Of a stretch of 64,000 nucleotides of DNA, positions 19,164 through 28,662 are shown piece by piece. The position numbers and the translations under genes were made by a program. Every line of letters starts with the position of its first letter. Positions within the stretch are counted from its first letter, which is position 1. Origin of the DNA: Acidimicrobiales bacterium (GTDB taxonomy: Bacteria; Actinomycetota; Acidimicrobiia; Acidimicrobiales; Aldehydirespiratoraceae). The stretch spans positions 158,557-222,556 of the forward strand of contig JAVJSI010000010.1 of the NCBI GenBank assembly GCA_040219515.1, in the 5' to 3' direction. The notes beneath the pieces were generated by a model. That model was not told where the DNA came from. It made no database searches and saw only the letters and a program-made list of their open reading frames with translations.

Positions 19164-20568
19164 CCGGCGCCTCGGGTTCCGGTTCCGGTTCCGGTTCGGG
19201 GATGGGGACCCAGGCCCCGTACGGCGTGGACTGGCGCAGCTGCTCGTCGCCCTCGAAGTCGGGCAGACGTAACTGCAGCGCCCGGTCCAGTGACGCCTTC
19301 ACCGAGTTCACGTAGGCCGCCGAGTGGTTGTAGCCGAAGATCGCCGCCGACCAGCTGCCCCAGTCGCGCAGCGATCCGTAGTTGCAGAGATAGGCCGCGG
19401 CGGCGAGGGCCGCGTCGTCGATGTCGTGTGGGTCGCGCTCGCCGTCACCGTCACCGTCGCGACCCCAGGTCGCCCAGGTCTGGGGGATGAACTGCATCGG
19501 CCCGACCGCACGGTCGAAGATGGGATCGCCGTCGTATCGGCCGCCGTCGGTGTCGCGGAGGTTCGCCGTGGCTTCCCCGAAGTTGTCGACCTGGCCGTTG
19601 AGCGCGATCCCGACGATGAGGTCGGCGGGGCGCCCGTCGACGCCCATTCGCGTGTTGCCGTACTCGCCGTGGAGGCCCTCGACCGAGCCGATTGCCGCGA
19701 GGGTCCGCCACGAGATGTGGCAACCGGGATTGATCTCGGCGCTGGTGGCCTCGGCGGTGAGATAGGCGCTGAGCGCCTTCGGGGTCAGGCCCGTCTGACC
19801 CGGAACCGCAGCGACGGTGAATGCCTCAGCCGCGTCGGGGAGCATTGTCCGGGCCGCAGCGTCGAGCGTGCGTCGTTGTGCGTTCAGGGACGCAGCCTGT
19901 TCGACCAGGGCCTCGTGCGCCGATTCGACTTCGACTCGACGGGCAACGGCGGCGTCATAGGCGACGATCGCCTCGTCGAGGTCCTCCTCCGCTTGCGTCC
20001 GCTGGGAGAACATCTCCTCGAGCGTGGTGTTGGTCAGCTCGAAGTTGCGCTGCGCGATGGTGAGTGCCTTCCCGTCGAGACCGAGAAGCGCGGCCGCGGC
20101 CGGGTCGTCACCGGTGAACGAGTCGATGGCGACCGCCTGGGTGAGGGCATGGATGCCCTGGAAGTAGGCGTCGGCCTGGTTGCGGGCGATCTCGCGGCGC
20201 CGTTCGCGTTCGAATGCCTCGTCGAGTTCGACGGCGGTCGAGCGCAGCTCCGTCACCGTCTCGTCGCGTTCGGCGGTGGTCGCCGAGAGTTCGAGTGTGG
20301 TGCGGATCAGATCGGCCACCTTCGACTCCGAGCCGTCGCGGTACTGGACGGTGAGCGGGCGGACGCCCGGGTGGAGGTCGAGCGTGGAGCGCCAGGCGGC
20401 GTCGAGGCCGACATCCGCGAGAATGCTCTGGACCGCGAGGCCGTCGCTCGCGAGGACTTCCGCCTCGGGAAACCTCACTTCCGGTTGGGTCTGGGCGTCG
20501 ACAGTGGTGGTCGACGCCATGACGGAGAGTCCTATGGCCATGGCGATGGCCCGTTTCGAGGTGCGCAC
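19144..20568 (-). CDS. Secreted lytic transglycosylase with an N-terminal coiled-coil region
   Basis: It has a signal peptide and a long Ala/Glu-rich helical region. The C-terminal SLT_2-like block reads …GPMQFIPQTWATWGRDGDGDGERDPHDIDDAALAAAAYLC…. The tail is a PEPEPEPE repeat. Confidence 0.75.
   Translation of the reverse strand: MRTSKRAIAMAIGLSVMASTTTVDAQTQPEVRFPEAEVLASDGLAVQSILADVGLDAAWRSTLDLHPGVRPLTVQYRDGSESKVADLIRTTLELSATTAERDETVTELRSTAVELDEAFERERRREIARNQADAYFQGIHALTQAVAIDSFTGDDPAAAALLGLDGKALTIAQRNFELTNTTLEEMFSQRTQAEEDLDEAIVAYDAAVARRVEVESAHEALVEQAASLNAQRRTLDAAARTMLPDAAEAFTVAAVPGQTGLTPKALSAYLTAEATSAEINPGCHISWRTLAAIGSVEGLHGEYGNTRMGVDGRPADLIVGIALNGQVDNFGEATANLRDTDGGRYDGDPIFDRAVGPMQFIPQTWATWGRDGDGDGERDPHDIDDAALAAAAYLCNYGSLRDWGSWSAAIFGYNHSAAYVNSVKASLDRALQLRLPDFEGDEQLRQSTPYGAWVPIPEPEPEPEPEAPVSEGTG
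19175..19198. repeat. Hexanucleotide tandem repeat (GGTTCC)x3 plus one degenerate copy (GGTTCG), encoding a (PE)n tail
   Basis: Read directly. It lies inside the 3' end of the lytic transglycosylase CDS. Confidence 0.8.
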
Positions 20569-20627
20569 GATCTCGTTCCATCGGCACTTCTTCCCCTGGC
20601 CAAAAGCCCTATTGCTAGGTTTCTTCC

Positions 20628-20960
20628 ATGAGCGTGCCGGTACCCCTCGACGAGATCGAAGCCGCAGCGGCGGCCTATGGGGGGTCGGCGTTCGTGCTGG
20701 TGTCGTCGATCGACGGTCCGCCTCGGGTCACCCACTCCTTCGTCCGGTTCGAGTCGAGCCGACTCCGGGTCTCCATCGGGCGGCGATCGGCCGCCGCGTT
20801 GGCGACGAACTCCTCGGTGTCGGTGCTCTGGCCGGCCGACGCCTCCCAATCGATGAGTCTCATCGTCGACGGCGTGGTCGTCGATCCGATCGACGACGAG
20901 GGCGGCACGGTGGCCATCGAACCGACCGGCGCCGTGCGTCACCGCCCCGCATCGCAGTAG
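20628..20960 (+). CDS. Small hypothetical protein, possibly a PNPOx-like split-barrel
   Basis: 110 aa with high GC3. Weak resemblance to pyridoxamine 5'-phosphate oxidase-family proteins, with no diagnostic motif. Confidence 0.4.
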   Translation: MSVPVPLDEIEAAAAAYGGSAFVLVSSIDGPPRVTHSFVRFESSRLRVSIGRRSAAALATNSSVSVLWPADASQSMSLIVDGVVVDPIDDEGGTVAIEPTGAVRHRPASQ

Positions 20961-20980
20961 CGGCGCCGAGCAGTAACGGC

Positions 20981-21625
20981 TCAGGGCTGGGGCGACATCA
21001 CGACGATCGGCACCGAGATGTCGAGTTCGCCGGTGCGCAGCGTCGCGATCTCGCGAGCCGGTTGGACTGCGGGTTTCGGCGCGCCGAGAAGCTCGCCGAG
21101 ACGCCCGGCGGTCGCGGTCAGGTCGTGGCTCGTGAAGGCCAGACCCCAGAGCGAGGCGGGCCCCGGGTCGTGCGCCCCGTCGTCGCCGGCGAGTTCGAGG
21201 ATCACGTCGCCCAGCCAGAAGAAAGCCTGCCGACGGATGTGTTCGCCCGCCGCGAACGTGCGCGACCGGCGATGGTCGAGGCCGGCGTCGACGAGCGCGG
21301 CGATGGTCCGGTCCATGTCGGGGCTCATCGCCACGAGATGATCGAGGTCGACGATGCCGTTGGGGTGTTCTCCGGCCGGACTCGCTGCCGGACTCACGGC
21401 GGCCGCCGCGTCGGTCCTGGCCGCGAAGGGCATCCCGTCGACGTCACGCCCGATTCCCTCGACGTGCGCCTCGAGGATTCCCCGGCCCCGACCGGTCCCG
21501 GCGAGGACGAGTGCGGTGTTCGCGATGGTCACCGTCGACTCTTCGACCGCGAATCCGGCCGCCGCCCACGCCTCGGGTGCGTCGCCGATCACGATCGAGT
21601 GGACCTGATGCGGACGCGTCGTCAT
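20981..21625 (-). CDS. VOC/glyoxalase-like domain protein
   Basis: 214 aa from the ATG at 21625 (MTTRPHQVHSIVIG…). …DHLVAMSPD… and …FFWLGDVILEL… resemble the Glyoxalase_3/VOC fold. The upstream ORF extension is implausible. Confidence 0.5.
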   Translation of the reverse strand: MTTRPHQVHSIVIGDAPEAWAAAGFAVEESTVTIANTALVLAGTGRGRGILEAHVEGIGRDVDGMPFAARTDAAAAVSPAASPAGEHPNGIVDLDHLVAMSPDMDRTIAALVDAGLDHRRSRTFAAGEHIRRQAFFWLGDVILELAGDDGAHDPGPASLWGLAFTSHDLTATAGRLGELLGAPKPAVQPAREIATLRTGELDISVPIVVMSPQP

Positions 21626-21685
21626 CGGGTGATCGTGGCACGTGACCGGCCGCCGGGGCACGACGGCTCGGTAGGGTCGCTGACC

Positions 21686-22501
21686 GTGAGCAGCGACATC
21701 ACTCGATTCCCCGAGTTCTTCGAGATGGCCGCGCACGGCCCGGATGTGTGGGTCGGCGCCAGCGCCCGCTACCCGTGGGGGCGGGTCTACGGCGGCCAGG
21801 TGGCCGCGCAGGGACTCTGGGCCGCGGCCCAGACCGTGCCCGAGGGCTACATGCCGCACTCGTTGCACACCTACTTCATCCGCGGTGGGGAGTCCGACGA
21901 GCCGATTCGCTTCGAGGTCGATCGCATTCGTGACGGGCGTTCGTTCGTCACCCGCCGGGTCGTCGCCCGTCAGTCGAGTGGCGCCATCCTGAACCTGTCG
22001 GCGTCGTTCCACATCCACGAGGACGCACCCGATGTCACGGCCGTCGTCATGCCGTCGCCGGTCGAGCAGCCAGAGGACCTGCCCGAGGCCGGCTGGTCGA
22101 GACTGCTCGAACGGCGAATGGTGCCCTTCGACCAACAGCGATCGCGTGGGTGGCTGCGGGTGCCCGACGTGGGCGACGACCCGCTGATGCATGTCCTGGC
22201 CCACGCGTTCGCCAGCGATGACCTGCCCACCGATGCCGTCGAGATCGAGCATCCCGTCGGCCGCGTGCATCCCGAGCCGGGCTTCGAGCAGGACTACCCC
22301 TACATGGGTGCGAGCCTCGACCACACCATCTGGTTCCACCGGCCCGCTCGGGCCGACGAGTGGTGCCTCCATGACCTGCGGTCCTCCGGGGTCTACGGGT
22401 CGAGGGGCATCGCTTTCGGCGAGATCTGGTCACGTGACGGTGTTCACGTGGCCACGATCGCCCAGGAAGTGCTTTTACGAGAGGCAACCCCGAAGGGTTA
22501 G
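21686..22501 (+). CDS. tesB: Acyl-CoA thioesterase II
   Basis: Double hot-dog signatures: …GRVYGGQVAAQGLWAA…, …HSLHTYFIRGG… and …DHTIWFHRP…. GTG start at 21686. Confidence 0.8.
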   Translation: MSSDITRFPEFFEMAAHGPDVWVGASARYPWGRVYGGQVAAQGLWAAAQTVPEGYMPHSLHTYFIRGGESDEPIRFEVDRIRDGRSFVTRRVVARQSSGAILNLSASFHIHEDAPDVTAVVMPSPVEQPEDLPEAGWSRLLERRMVPFDQQRSRGWLRVPDVGDDPLMHVLAHAFASDDLPTDAVEIEHPVGRVHPEPGFEQDYPYMGASLDHTIWFHRPARADEWCLHDLRSSGVYGSRGIAFGEIWSRDGVHVATIAQEVLLREATPKG

Positions 22502-22511
22502 GTTCCCCCGA

Positions 22512-23024
22512 ATGTCGTTCAGCTTCCGGCGCCCCTGCGCCCGCACGGTGCTCCTCGATCGCGAGGGTCGAATCTTCCTGATCCGCGCCGAGGACCCGGT
22601 CGATCCCTACAAGCCCGAATGGTGGGAGATCCCCGGTGGCGGCATGGGTCGAGGCGAGGAATCAGGCCACGCAGCGCTGCGTGAACTCCACGAGGAGACC
22701 GGTATCCCGAACGTCGAGATGGGCCCCTGCGTGTGGACCCAGCAGACCGAGTACACGTTCGCCGGCTACCACTTCGAGTCCGACGACTTCATCCATGTCG
22801 CCTGGTGCGACGGCGGCGAGTACGACCCCAAGGGTCTCGAGGCGCTCGAGGCCGCCGCGTTCCAGGGAGCGCAATGGTGGACGCTCGACGACCTGCTCGC
22901 CAACGAAGAACCGACCGTGCCGGTGCGCCTCCGCGAGTTCCTGCCCGACCTCGTGGCGGGGAAGGTGCCGATCGAGCCCGTCGACATCACGCCGTCGCCC
23001 GAACAGGGCGGTCGGGTCGGCTGA
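22512..23024 (+). CDS. NUDIX hydrolase
   Basis: Nudix box GGGMGRGEESGHAALRELHEETGI. Confidence 0.8.
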   Translation: MSFSFRRPCARTVLLDREGRIFLIRAEDPVDPYKPEWWEIPGGGMGRGEESGHAALRELHEETGIPNVEMGPCVWTQQTEYTFAGYHFESDDFIHVAWCDGGEYDPKGLEALEAAAFQGAQWWTLDDLLANEEPTVPVRLREFLPDLVAGKVPIEPVDITPSPEQGGRVG

Positions 23025-23609
23025 TCAGCGGCGTCGGCCGCGAAGACCGAGCCAGGCCAGGTCGGCGACCCTGGTGGCCAGCGCGTCGACGTCGCCCTTC
23101 ATGCCGGCGGCGATCCAATGCCGTCCGGTGGCCTCGGCCAGGCCGAGGATGCCGTGGGCGAGGACGAGTCGGTCGGCGTCGGCGAGGTCGTCGATCTCGA
23201 TCAGCGCGGCGATGAAGAGCGCCAGTTCGCTCTCGACGTCGGCGACGGCGCGGGCGAACTCGACATCGATGCGGACGCCCTCGCCGAACAGCAGCCGAAA
23301 GTCGTCGGGCGCCTGGGCGGCGAAGCGAAAATAGGCCGCGAAGCCGTCGACCACCTTGGCCTCGCCGGTGGGCGCGGCGGTGGCTGCCTCGCCCACGACG
23401 GTGGTGAGCCGGTCGCCGACGTCGCGCAACAGCTCGAGGAACAGCTCGCGCTTCGACGAGAAGTGCTGGTAGAGCACCGGCTTGGTGACGCCGGCCTCGC
23501 TGGCGACCGTTTCCATCGTGGCGTTCTGGAAGCCCTCGACGGCGAAGACCGAGCGGGCCGCCTCGAGCAGTTGCACTCTTCGCTCTGCGGCAGGAAGTCG
23601 GACGGTCAC
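23025..23609 (-). CDS. TetR/AcrR-family transcriptional regulator
   Basis: N-terminal HTH (…FAVEGFQNATMETVASEAGVTKPVLYQHFSSKRELF…). Its stop abuts the NUDIX stop within the palindrome TGATCA. Confidence 0.85.
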   Translation of the reverse strand: MTVRLPAAERRVQLLEAARSVFAVEGFQNATMETVASEAGVTKPVLYQHFSSKRELFLELLRDVGDRLTTVVGEAATAAPTGEAKVVDGFAAYFRFAAQAPDDFRLLFGEGVRIDVEFARAVADVESELALFIAALIEIDDLADADRLVLAHGILGLAEATGRHWIAAGMKGDVDALATRVADLAWLGLRGRRR

Positions 23610-23637
23610 CCGGGAACCCTACCCAGCTCTTCTGCGG

Positions 23638-23916
23638 TCAGCCGATGTCGCGCCCGTGCTCGATGTCGTCGCGCACCGCGGCCTTCACGGCGTAGCCGGC
23701 GAGGATCGCGGGGGCCAAGACGACCGAACCGGCGATCACGCCGAAGGTGACGATCGCCGAGACCGTGCTGTTGAAGTCGGTCGCCAGACCGATCATGAAG
23801 ACCACGATCGCCACCGCATAGAGCAGGTAGCCGATGCGTTGCCCCAACGTCGCGATCCGCAGGGCCTTGGCCCGTTGCACGAGGATCGGGTCGGGTTCGG
23901 CGGGCACGGCGCTCAC
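23638..23916 (-). CDS. Small two-helix membrane protein
   Basis: 92 aa from the GTG at 23916, which overlaps the glycosyltransferase stop (GTGA). Two hydrophobic helices. Function unknown. Confidence 0.5.
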   Translation of the reverse strand: MSAVPAEPDPILVQRAKALRIATLGQRIGYLLYAVAIVVFMIGLATDFNSTVSAIVTFGVIAGSVVLAPAILAGYAVKAAVRDDIEHGRDIG

Positions 23917-24971
23917 CCTACGGTTGTCGGTGCCGGGCCGTCGCCGAGCCAACCCGGTTCGGCGAGGAGGATCGCGATCTCATCCCGCATCGCCTCGAGC
24001 GAGAGCCGCTCGACGGCGACCCGGCGATTGTGTTCGAGACGCTCGAGGTCGGGTCGCTCGATGGCGGCGCGGAGTGGCTCGGGATCGTCCGACGGGTACC
24101 ACTCGAGTCCGAGGGCGCGGAGCTCATCGGCCACCGGGTAGGGGCCGACGGCACACGGCACGCGGTGGATCGCCGCTTCGACCGGTGGGTTGCCGAATCC
24201 CTCCCACGTGCTCGGGAACAGCACCGCGTCGGCCGCGCCGTAGAGGTCGACGGCGGACTCGTCGCTGGTGCCCCGCACGACCGGGCAGCGGGCATCGGCC
24301 AGGATGCGGGCGAGCTCGTCGTCGTAGCCGTCCTCGGCCGGGCCCCAGAGCCAGTAGGTGCCGCCGAGCTGCTCGGCCAGCCAGATCGCCGTGGGGATGT
24401 CCTTGCGAGGAATCGCCCGGACGGGATGGGCCAGCAGCAGTGTGTCGGCGTCGATGCCGAGACGGCGGCGGACGCCGGCACGGTCGGCCGTGCCGGTCGC
24501 GGTCGGGAAACCGTTGTAGATGCACACGGCTGCGTAGCCCCGGTCCTCCATCTCCCGCCGGGTCAGCTGATTGATGGTCACGTGCCGCCACGCCGGATCA
24601 CGCGGGGGCAGCTCCGTGACATTGGCCCAGTGCGCCCGCTGCCACGGCGGGTCGTGATGGTGGAGGATCGCCGGTCGGCCGGCGAGCACCTCGGCGACGA
24701 CCCGAGCGGCCGGGAGGTTGAGAGGAATCGTGCACAGATTCTCGACCACGACGACGTCGACGTCACCGATCGCGGCGCTCACCTCGTCGGCGTCCGGCGG
24801 GTCCGTGGCGTCGATGGCCAGGCCGGGTACGGTCCGGTCGACCGGCCCGTCGCCGGCCACGGTGTGGACGCGGTAGCCCAGCTGCTCGAACGCTCGTTGC
24901 CAGTTGCGGGCGACGACCGACACACCGTCGGTCACTCCGAGTCGGAACGAGACGAACGCAGCGCTGGCCAT
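23913..24971 (-). CDS. Glycosyltransferase, GT-B fold (GT4-like)
   Basis: N-terminus MASAAFVSFRLGVTDGVSVV…. The C-terminal …FPSTWEGFGNPPVEA… is an E-x7-E-type GT4 motif. Confidence 0.75.
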   Translation of the reverse strand: MASAAFVSFRLGVTDGVSVVARNWQRAFEQLGYRVHTVAGDGPVDRTVPGLAIDATDPPDADEVSAAIGDVDVVVVENLCTIPLNLPAARVVAEVLAGRPAILHHHDPPWQRAHWANVTELPPRDPAWRHVTINQLTRREMEDRGYAAVCIYNGFPTATGTADRAGVRRRLGIDADTLLLAHPVRAIPRKDIPTAIWLAEQLGGTYWLWGPAEDGYDDELARILADARCPVVRGTSDESAVDLYGAADAVLFPSTWEGFGNPPVEAAIHRVPCAVGPYPVADELRALGLEWYPSDDPEPLRAAIERPDLERLEHNRRVAVERLSLEAMRDEIAILLAEPGWLGDGPAPTTVG

Positions 24972-26175
24972 GCACGACACGATGCCGGGAGATCCGCCCG
25001 ACCGCACCCCCGAACTACGGCGTGATGTAGAGGCCGCGTTGGCGTCCGCCTGGGTCGCCGAGCCGGGCTACACGGCTCCCAACACGGACGTCTACCCGTG
25101 GCTCTGGTTGTGGGACAGCTGTTTCCACTCGCTCGTGTGGGCCGAGTTGGGTGACGAACGCCGGGCGATCACCGAACTGACCGCCGCCCTGTCGACGATC
25201 GACGCGGCCGGGTTCGTCGCTCACATGGGCTATCAGCTCGATCCCGAGCGGTCCGTCGAACTCTGGGGTCGCCGGGGCGCGTCCTCGATCACCCAGCCGC
25301 CCATGTTCGGCCACACCATCGCGTCGCTGTCGCGCCGGGGCATCGATGTGCCAACGATGCTCGTCGATGATGCCGCTCGGGCACTGCGCCACCTGCTCGA
25401 GCACCGGACCCGCAACGCAGGACTCATCGAGGTCGTCCACCCCTGGGAGACCGGGTGCGACGACTCGCCCCGCTGGGACGACCTCTGTCCCGGTGCCGGC
25501 TTCGATCTCGAACGATGGCGGTCCCACAAGGTCGACCTGCTCGGGTCGGTGGAGCGCAGCGACGACGGGGCGCCGCGTCACAACCCCGCCTTCGCGGTGG
25601 GCTCGGTCGGGTTCAACGCGCTGGTGGCGTTCAACACCCTGGAGCTCCAGTCGGTCACCGGCGACGAGTCGCTGACCCCGCTCGTCGACGATCTGGTCAC
25701 CGCGCTCGACGCCCGGTTCGACCCCGAGCTGCGCACCTGGATCGATTCGGGTCCCACCGCGACCGGGTCGGGCCGGGCGCGAACCGCCGACGGCTTGCTC
25801 CCGCTGCTCGTGTCCCGTAACCCCTCGGCGCGCCACCGGGTCGTCGAGGAACTCCTCGACGAGGACGCGTACGCGTCGGCGTTCGGACCTCGCGGCGTGC
25901 ATGTCGGCGAGGCCACCTACGCGGCATCGACCTACTGGCGTGGACCGGTGTGGCCTCAGCTCGCCTATCTGCTCTGGGTCGCGCTGCGCAACAGCGGCGA
26001 GTCCGACGCGGCCGAGGTCGTTCGCACGACGACCGTCGACGGCGCCGTCGAGTCGGGACTGGCCGAGTACTGGAACGGCGACACCGGCCGGGGCCTCGGC
26101 GCGATCCCGCAGTCGTGGACCGGTTTGGCGGTCGTGATGGCCGCTGCTCAGACCGGCGGCGACGCCTCGGCGTGA
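24970..26175 (+). CDS. Six-hairpin glycoside hydrolase (GH63/GH15-like; glucosylglycerate or mannosylglycerate hydrolase / debranching-enzyme-like)
   Basis: …YPWLWLWDSCFH…, …HPWETGCDDSPRWD… and …YWRGPVWPQLAYL… are typical (alpha/alpha)6-barrel motifs. The start is uncertain (ATG at 24970 or 24982). Confidence 0.6.
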   Translation: MHDTMPGDPPDRTPELRRDVEAALASAWVAEPGYTAPNTDVYPWLWLWDSCFHSLVWAELGDERRAITELTAALSTIDAAGFVAHMGYQLDPERSVELWGRRGASSITQPPMFGHTIASLSRRGIDVPTMLVDDAARALRHLLEHRTRNAGLIEVVHPWETGCDDSPRWDDLCPGAGFDLERWRSHKVDLLGSVERSDDGAPRHNPAFAVGSVGFNALVAFNTLELQSVTGDESLTPLVDDLVTALDARFDPELRTWIDSGPTATGSGRARTADGLLPLLVSRNPSARHRVVEELLDEDAYASAFGPRGVHVGEATYAASTYWRGPVWPQLAYLLWVALRNSGESDAAEVVRTTTVDGAVESGLAEYWNGDTGRGLGAIPQSWTGLAVVMAAAQTGGDASA

Positions 26176-26816
26176 TCGGGCTCGACCCGGTGGCGAAGAT
26201 CGATGGTCGATTGCTCGACGGTGAGGTCGATCTCCTCGTGCCAACCGAGCGCTTCGAGCGCCGGTAGCGCACTCGGATGAAGGCGTCGTCGGCGGCGTTG
26301 CAGCATCAGGTTCGCGACGAGGTCGGCGAGTCCGACCATCATGATCAGGTCACCGATCGAGACGACCTGATTGGTCCAACGAACCGGGAACGTGTCGCCG
26401 AGTCCGGCGAGGACGGTGTCGTCGTCGGCGAGTTCGCGTGCGCCGGTGAGGCTCACGCGGTCGAGTTCGTCGACCGTGACCATCTCGGCCTCGACCAGTG
26501 CCTCGGGGCGCACGGGCATCGCCCCGTTGAGGGCGACCGGGAGAAGGTTGGCGGCGATGCCGACGACGATCACCGTCATCCCCACCAGGTGCAGGTTGAC
26601 GATGGCGAAGGCGAGACCGCCGAGGAGGCCGAGCACGGCGATCGCCCCGGACGGGCCCGCCTCGGTCAGATCGACGAAGAGGCTGGCGCCGATCGCCACC
26701 GCGAGGAACTCGGGATGACGGATGCGGGTGCGGGCAATGGCGGTCAGTCGACCGCGGCGGACGAGTCCGACGACGAGGCCGGCACACACCGCGAGGAGGA
26801 TCGGAGCCAGTGCCAC
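26148..26816 (-). CDS. Integral membrane protein (DUF5317-like)
   Basis: 222 aa with several hydrophobic helices. The 3' end overlaps the GH gene convergently by 28 nt. The family call is from memory. Confidence 0.5.
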   Translation of the reverse strand: MALAPILLAVCAGLVVGLVRRGRLTAIARTRIRHPEFLAVAIGASLFVDLTEAGPSGAIAVLGLLGGLAFAIVNLHLVGMTVIVVGIAANLLPVALNGAMPVRPEALVEAEMVTVDELDRVSLTGARELADDDTVLAGLGDTFPVRWTNQVVSIGDLIMMVGLADLVANLMLQRRRRRLHPSALPALEALGWHEEIDLTVEQSTIDLRHRVEPDHAEASPPV

Positions 26817-26825
26817 ACGCGGAAA

Positions 26826-27446
26826 TTACCAGCCGGAGCCCTCTGAGGTGCCGATCATCGCTTCTCCGTCGACGCGGCGGACCCAACAATGGATCCCGCG
26901 ATAGCGCGCCGCGTCGTCCTCGAAGTTCTCCCGGTTGGGGATGATCACACCGATGTCGAGCTCGGACGTCTCGTAGTCGGTGCCCACCCACGGTACGAAT
27001 TCGCGGTAGCAGGAACGCACTGCGAAGTTCCGAATGGTCTCGTCGCCCGGATAGGGCGTCGGATGGCCGGCGGGGTAGTCGAGGATCGCGTACACCTGGA
27101 GATGGTGTGGTTCGTCACAGGGCAGCCTCGTGGTGATCGTCACCGGCTGGCCGTCGCGACGGTCCTCGATCTGGTCGAAGCAGTCGCGCACGGCGAGGCT
27201 GTACTGGTTGATCGGTTCACCCGGAATCTCGGTGGGGTCGAGGGGCGCCACCTCGGTCGTCGTCGTGGCGGCGTCGTCGGACGATCCGCCGTCCTCGTCC
27301 GTGCCGTCGGCCTCGAGATCGGCCCCGTCGGAACCGTCGACGGACGGGCTCTCGGCCGCAGGCGAATCAGTGCAGGCGACGAGGACCGAGCCGACGACGA
27401 GGAGCAGCATCATGGTCGCAGCGAGTGCGGCGAGACGATGGTTCAC
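26826..27446 (-). CDS. Lipoprotein, septum-formation family-like
   Basis: Lipobox LVAC after a signal peptide. The Cys-containing C-terminal domain (…VRDCFDQ…LPCDEPHHLQVY…RSCYREF…GIHCW…) resembles PF13845. Confidence 0.55.
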   Translation of the reverse strand: MNHRLAALAATMMLLLVVGSVLVACTDSPAAESPSVDGSDGADLEADGTDEDGGSSDDAATTTTEVAPLDPTEIPGEPINQYSLAVRDCFDQIEDRRDGQPVTITTRLPCDEPHHLQVYAILDYPAGHPTPYPGDETIRNFAVRSCYREFVPWVGTDYETSELDIGVIIPNRENFEDDAARYRGIHCWVRRVDGEAMIGTSEGSGW

Positions 27447-27464
27447 GCCGTGGAGGCTAGGGGG

Positions 27465-28583
27465 TCAGCCGGCCGGGAGTGCCCGATCGAGCAATTCGAA
27501 CGAGAACCACAAGCAGAGTGCGACCGGCACGAGGCTGACCGCCCGCACGGCCACGCGACGGAGTCGGTCGGAGAAGAGGTGTCGTCCGAGGTGACCGGCG
27601 AGGACCCAGATCGTGGTGGCGGCGAGCATCCACACGACCGCACCGGGGATCGCGTCTCGTTCACCGTTGAGACCCTCGTCGAGGTTGGCGGGTTCGGCGT
27701 CGCTGTCCGGCGCCCCGGTCGTCTCGCCGGGAAGCGTGGCGTCGGTCGGGTCGCCGCCGAGCGCGGCGACGACATCGGGATCGAGTGCGGGCGATTCGAC
27801 CGGGTCCTCGACGAGCGCCGCAGCGACGATGATGCGCTGGCGGCTCGACAGTTTCGGGTGGCACGCCGTGAGGGTGACACGGTTGTCGCCGAAGTCGCCG
27901 AGCACCCAGGTGTCGGCCGGCCGGACGATGATGTGGCCGTCGTCGGCGTCGTCGACGGTCGCGAGCTCGTCGGGGAAGGCCACGCTCGGCTCCATCACCC
28001 GATACGTGAACGTGCCGAGCACGCTGGTGACCCGGATCTCGTCGCCCGGCGCGAGTTCGTCGATGCGGTTGAACGGCGCACCGTAGGTGGTGCGGTGACC
28101 GGCGATCGCAGTGTTGCCCACGGTGCCGGCCGTGGCGGTGGTCGCGTAGTGGCCGGGACCCTTGCGCAGGTCCGCCACCTGGACACCGTTCACCACGATC
28201 TTGTCGACGTCGATCGCCGGGATCTCGATGCGGGCGACGGCGTCGCCGTCCTCGGGGAAGAAGTAGCGCAGTAGCTCCGTGGTGAGTCCGCCCGGCAGCG
28301 TGGTCGTCGTGGTCGGGGCCGGTAGTTGACCGAGGTCGCGGTCACCCGCATCGATCACCTGACCGCCGTCGGGGTTCTGGAGGGCGTCGAGTTGGGCGAG
28401 GGCGTCGGCGACGCTGACCTCGATGTTGCCGAATTCGTCGCGGAGGTCATCCTGGGCCCTCGACTCCTGGACATTGGTCCCCCAGAGTTGGAACAGCACG
28501 AAGAGCAGGATGACGATGCCGGCCGTGATGAGGCCGCGACCGATGGCACCGAGGACGCGGGCGCTCGTCGGGACCTCACTCAT
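27465..28583 (-). CDS. Class E sortase
   Basis: It has an N-terminal TM helix. …IAGHRTTYGAPF… and …LTACHPK…SRQRIIV… supply the catalytic His/Cys/Arg. There are extra C-terminal TM helices. An alternative ATG lies at 28631. Confidence 0.8.
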   Translation of the reverse strand: MSEVPTSARVLGAIGRGLITAGIVILLFVLFQLWGTNVQESRAQDDLRDEFGNIEVSVADALAQLDALQNPDGGQVIDAGDRDLGQLPAPTTTTTLPGGLTTELLRYFFPEDGDAVARIEIPAIDVDKIVVNGVQVADLRKGPGHYATTATAGTVGNTAIAGHRTTYGAPFNRIDELAPGDEIRVTSVLGTFTYRVMEPSVAFPDELATVDDADDGHIIVRPADTWVLGDFGDNRVTLTACHPKLSSRQRIIVAAALVEDPVESPALDPDVVAALGGDPTDATLPGETTGAPDSDAEPANLDEGLNGERDAIPGAVVWMLAATTIWVLAGHLGRHLFSDRLRRVAVRAVSLVPVALCLWFSFELLDRALPAG

Positions 28584-28662
28584 GTGAGAAACCTGCACAT
28601 TGCCGAACCCATCGGCGGTGGCAGGAGCCATCTGAGGGCCATCGACGGATACCGTTTTCGAT

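Noticed and set aside
19175-19198. Short coding tandem repeats, (PE)n at 19175-19198, (DDPD)n at 33370-33411 and (GN)n/(TD)n at 62360-62395, as mobile or hypervariable elements
   Set aside because: They are in-frame, low-complexity C-terminal tails of a secreted lytic transglycosylase, the membrane protein CcmF and a lipoprotein. They may vary in copy number by slippage, but nothing suggests a contingency locus or a mobile element.
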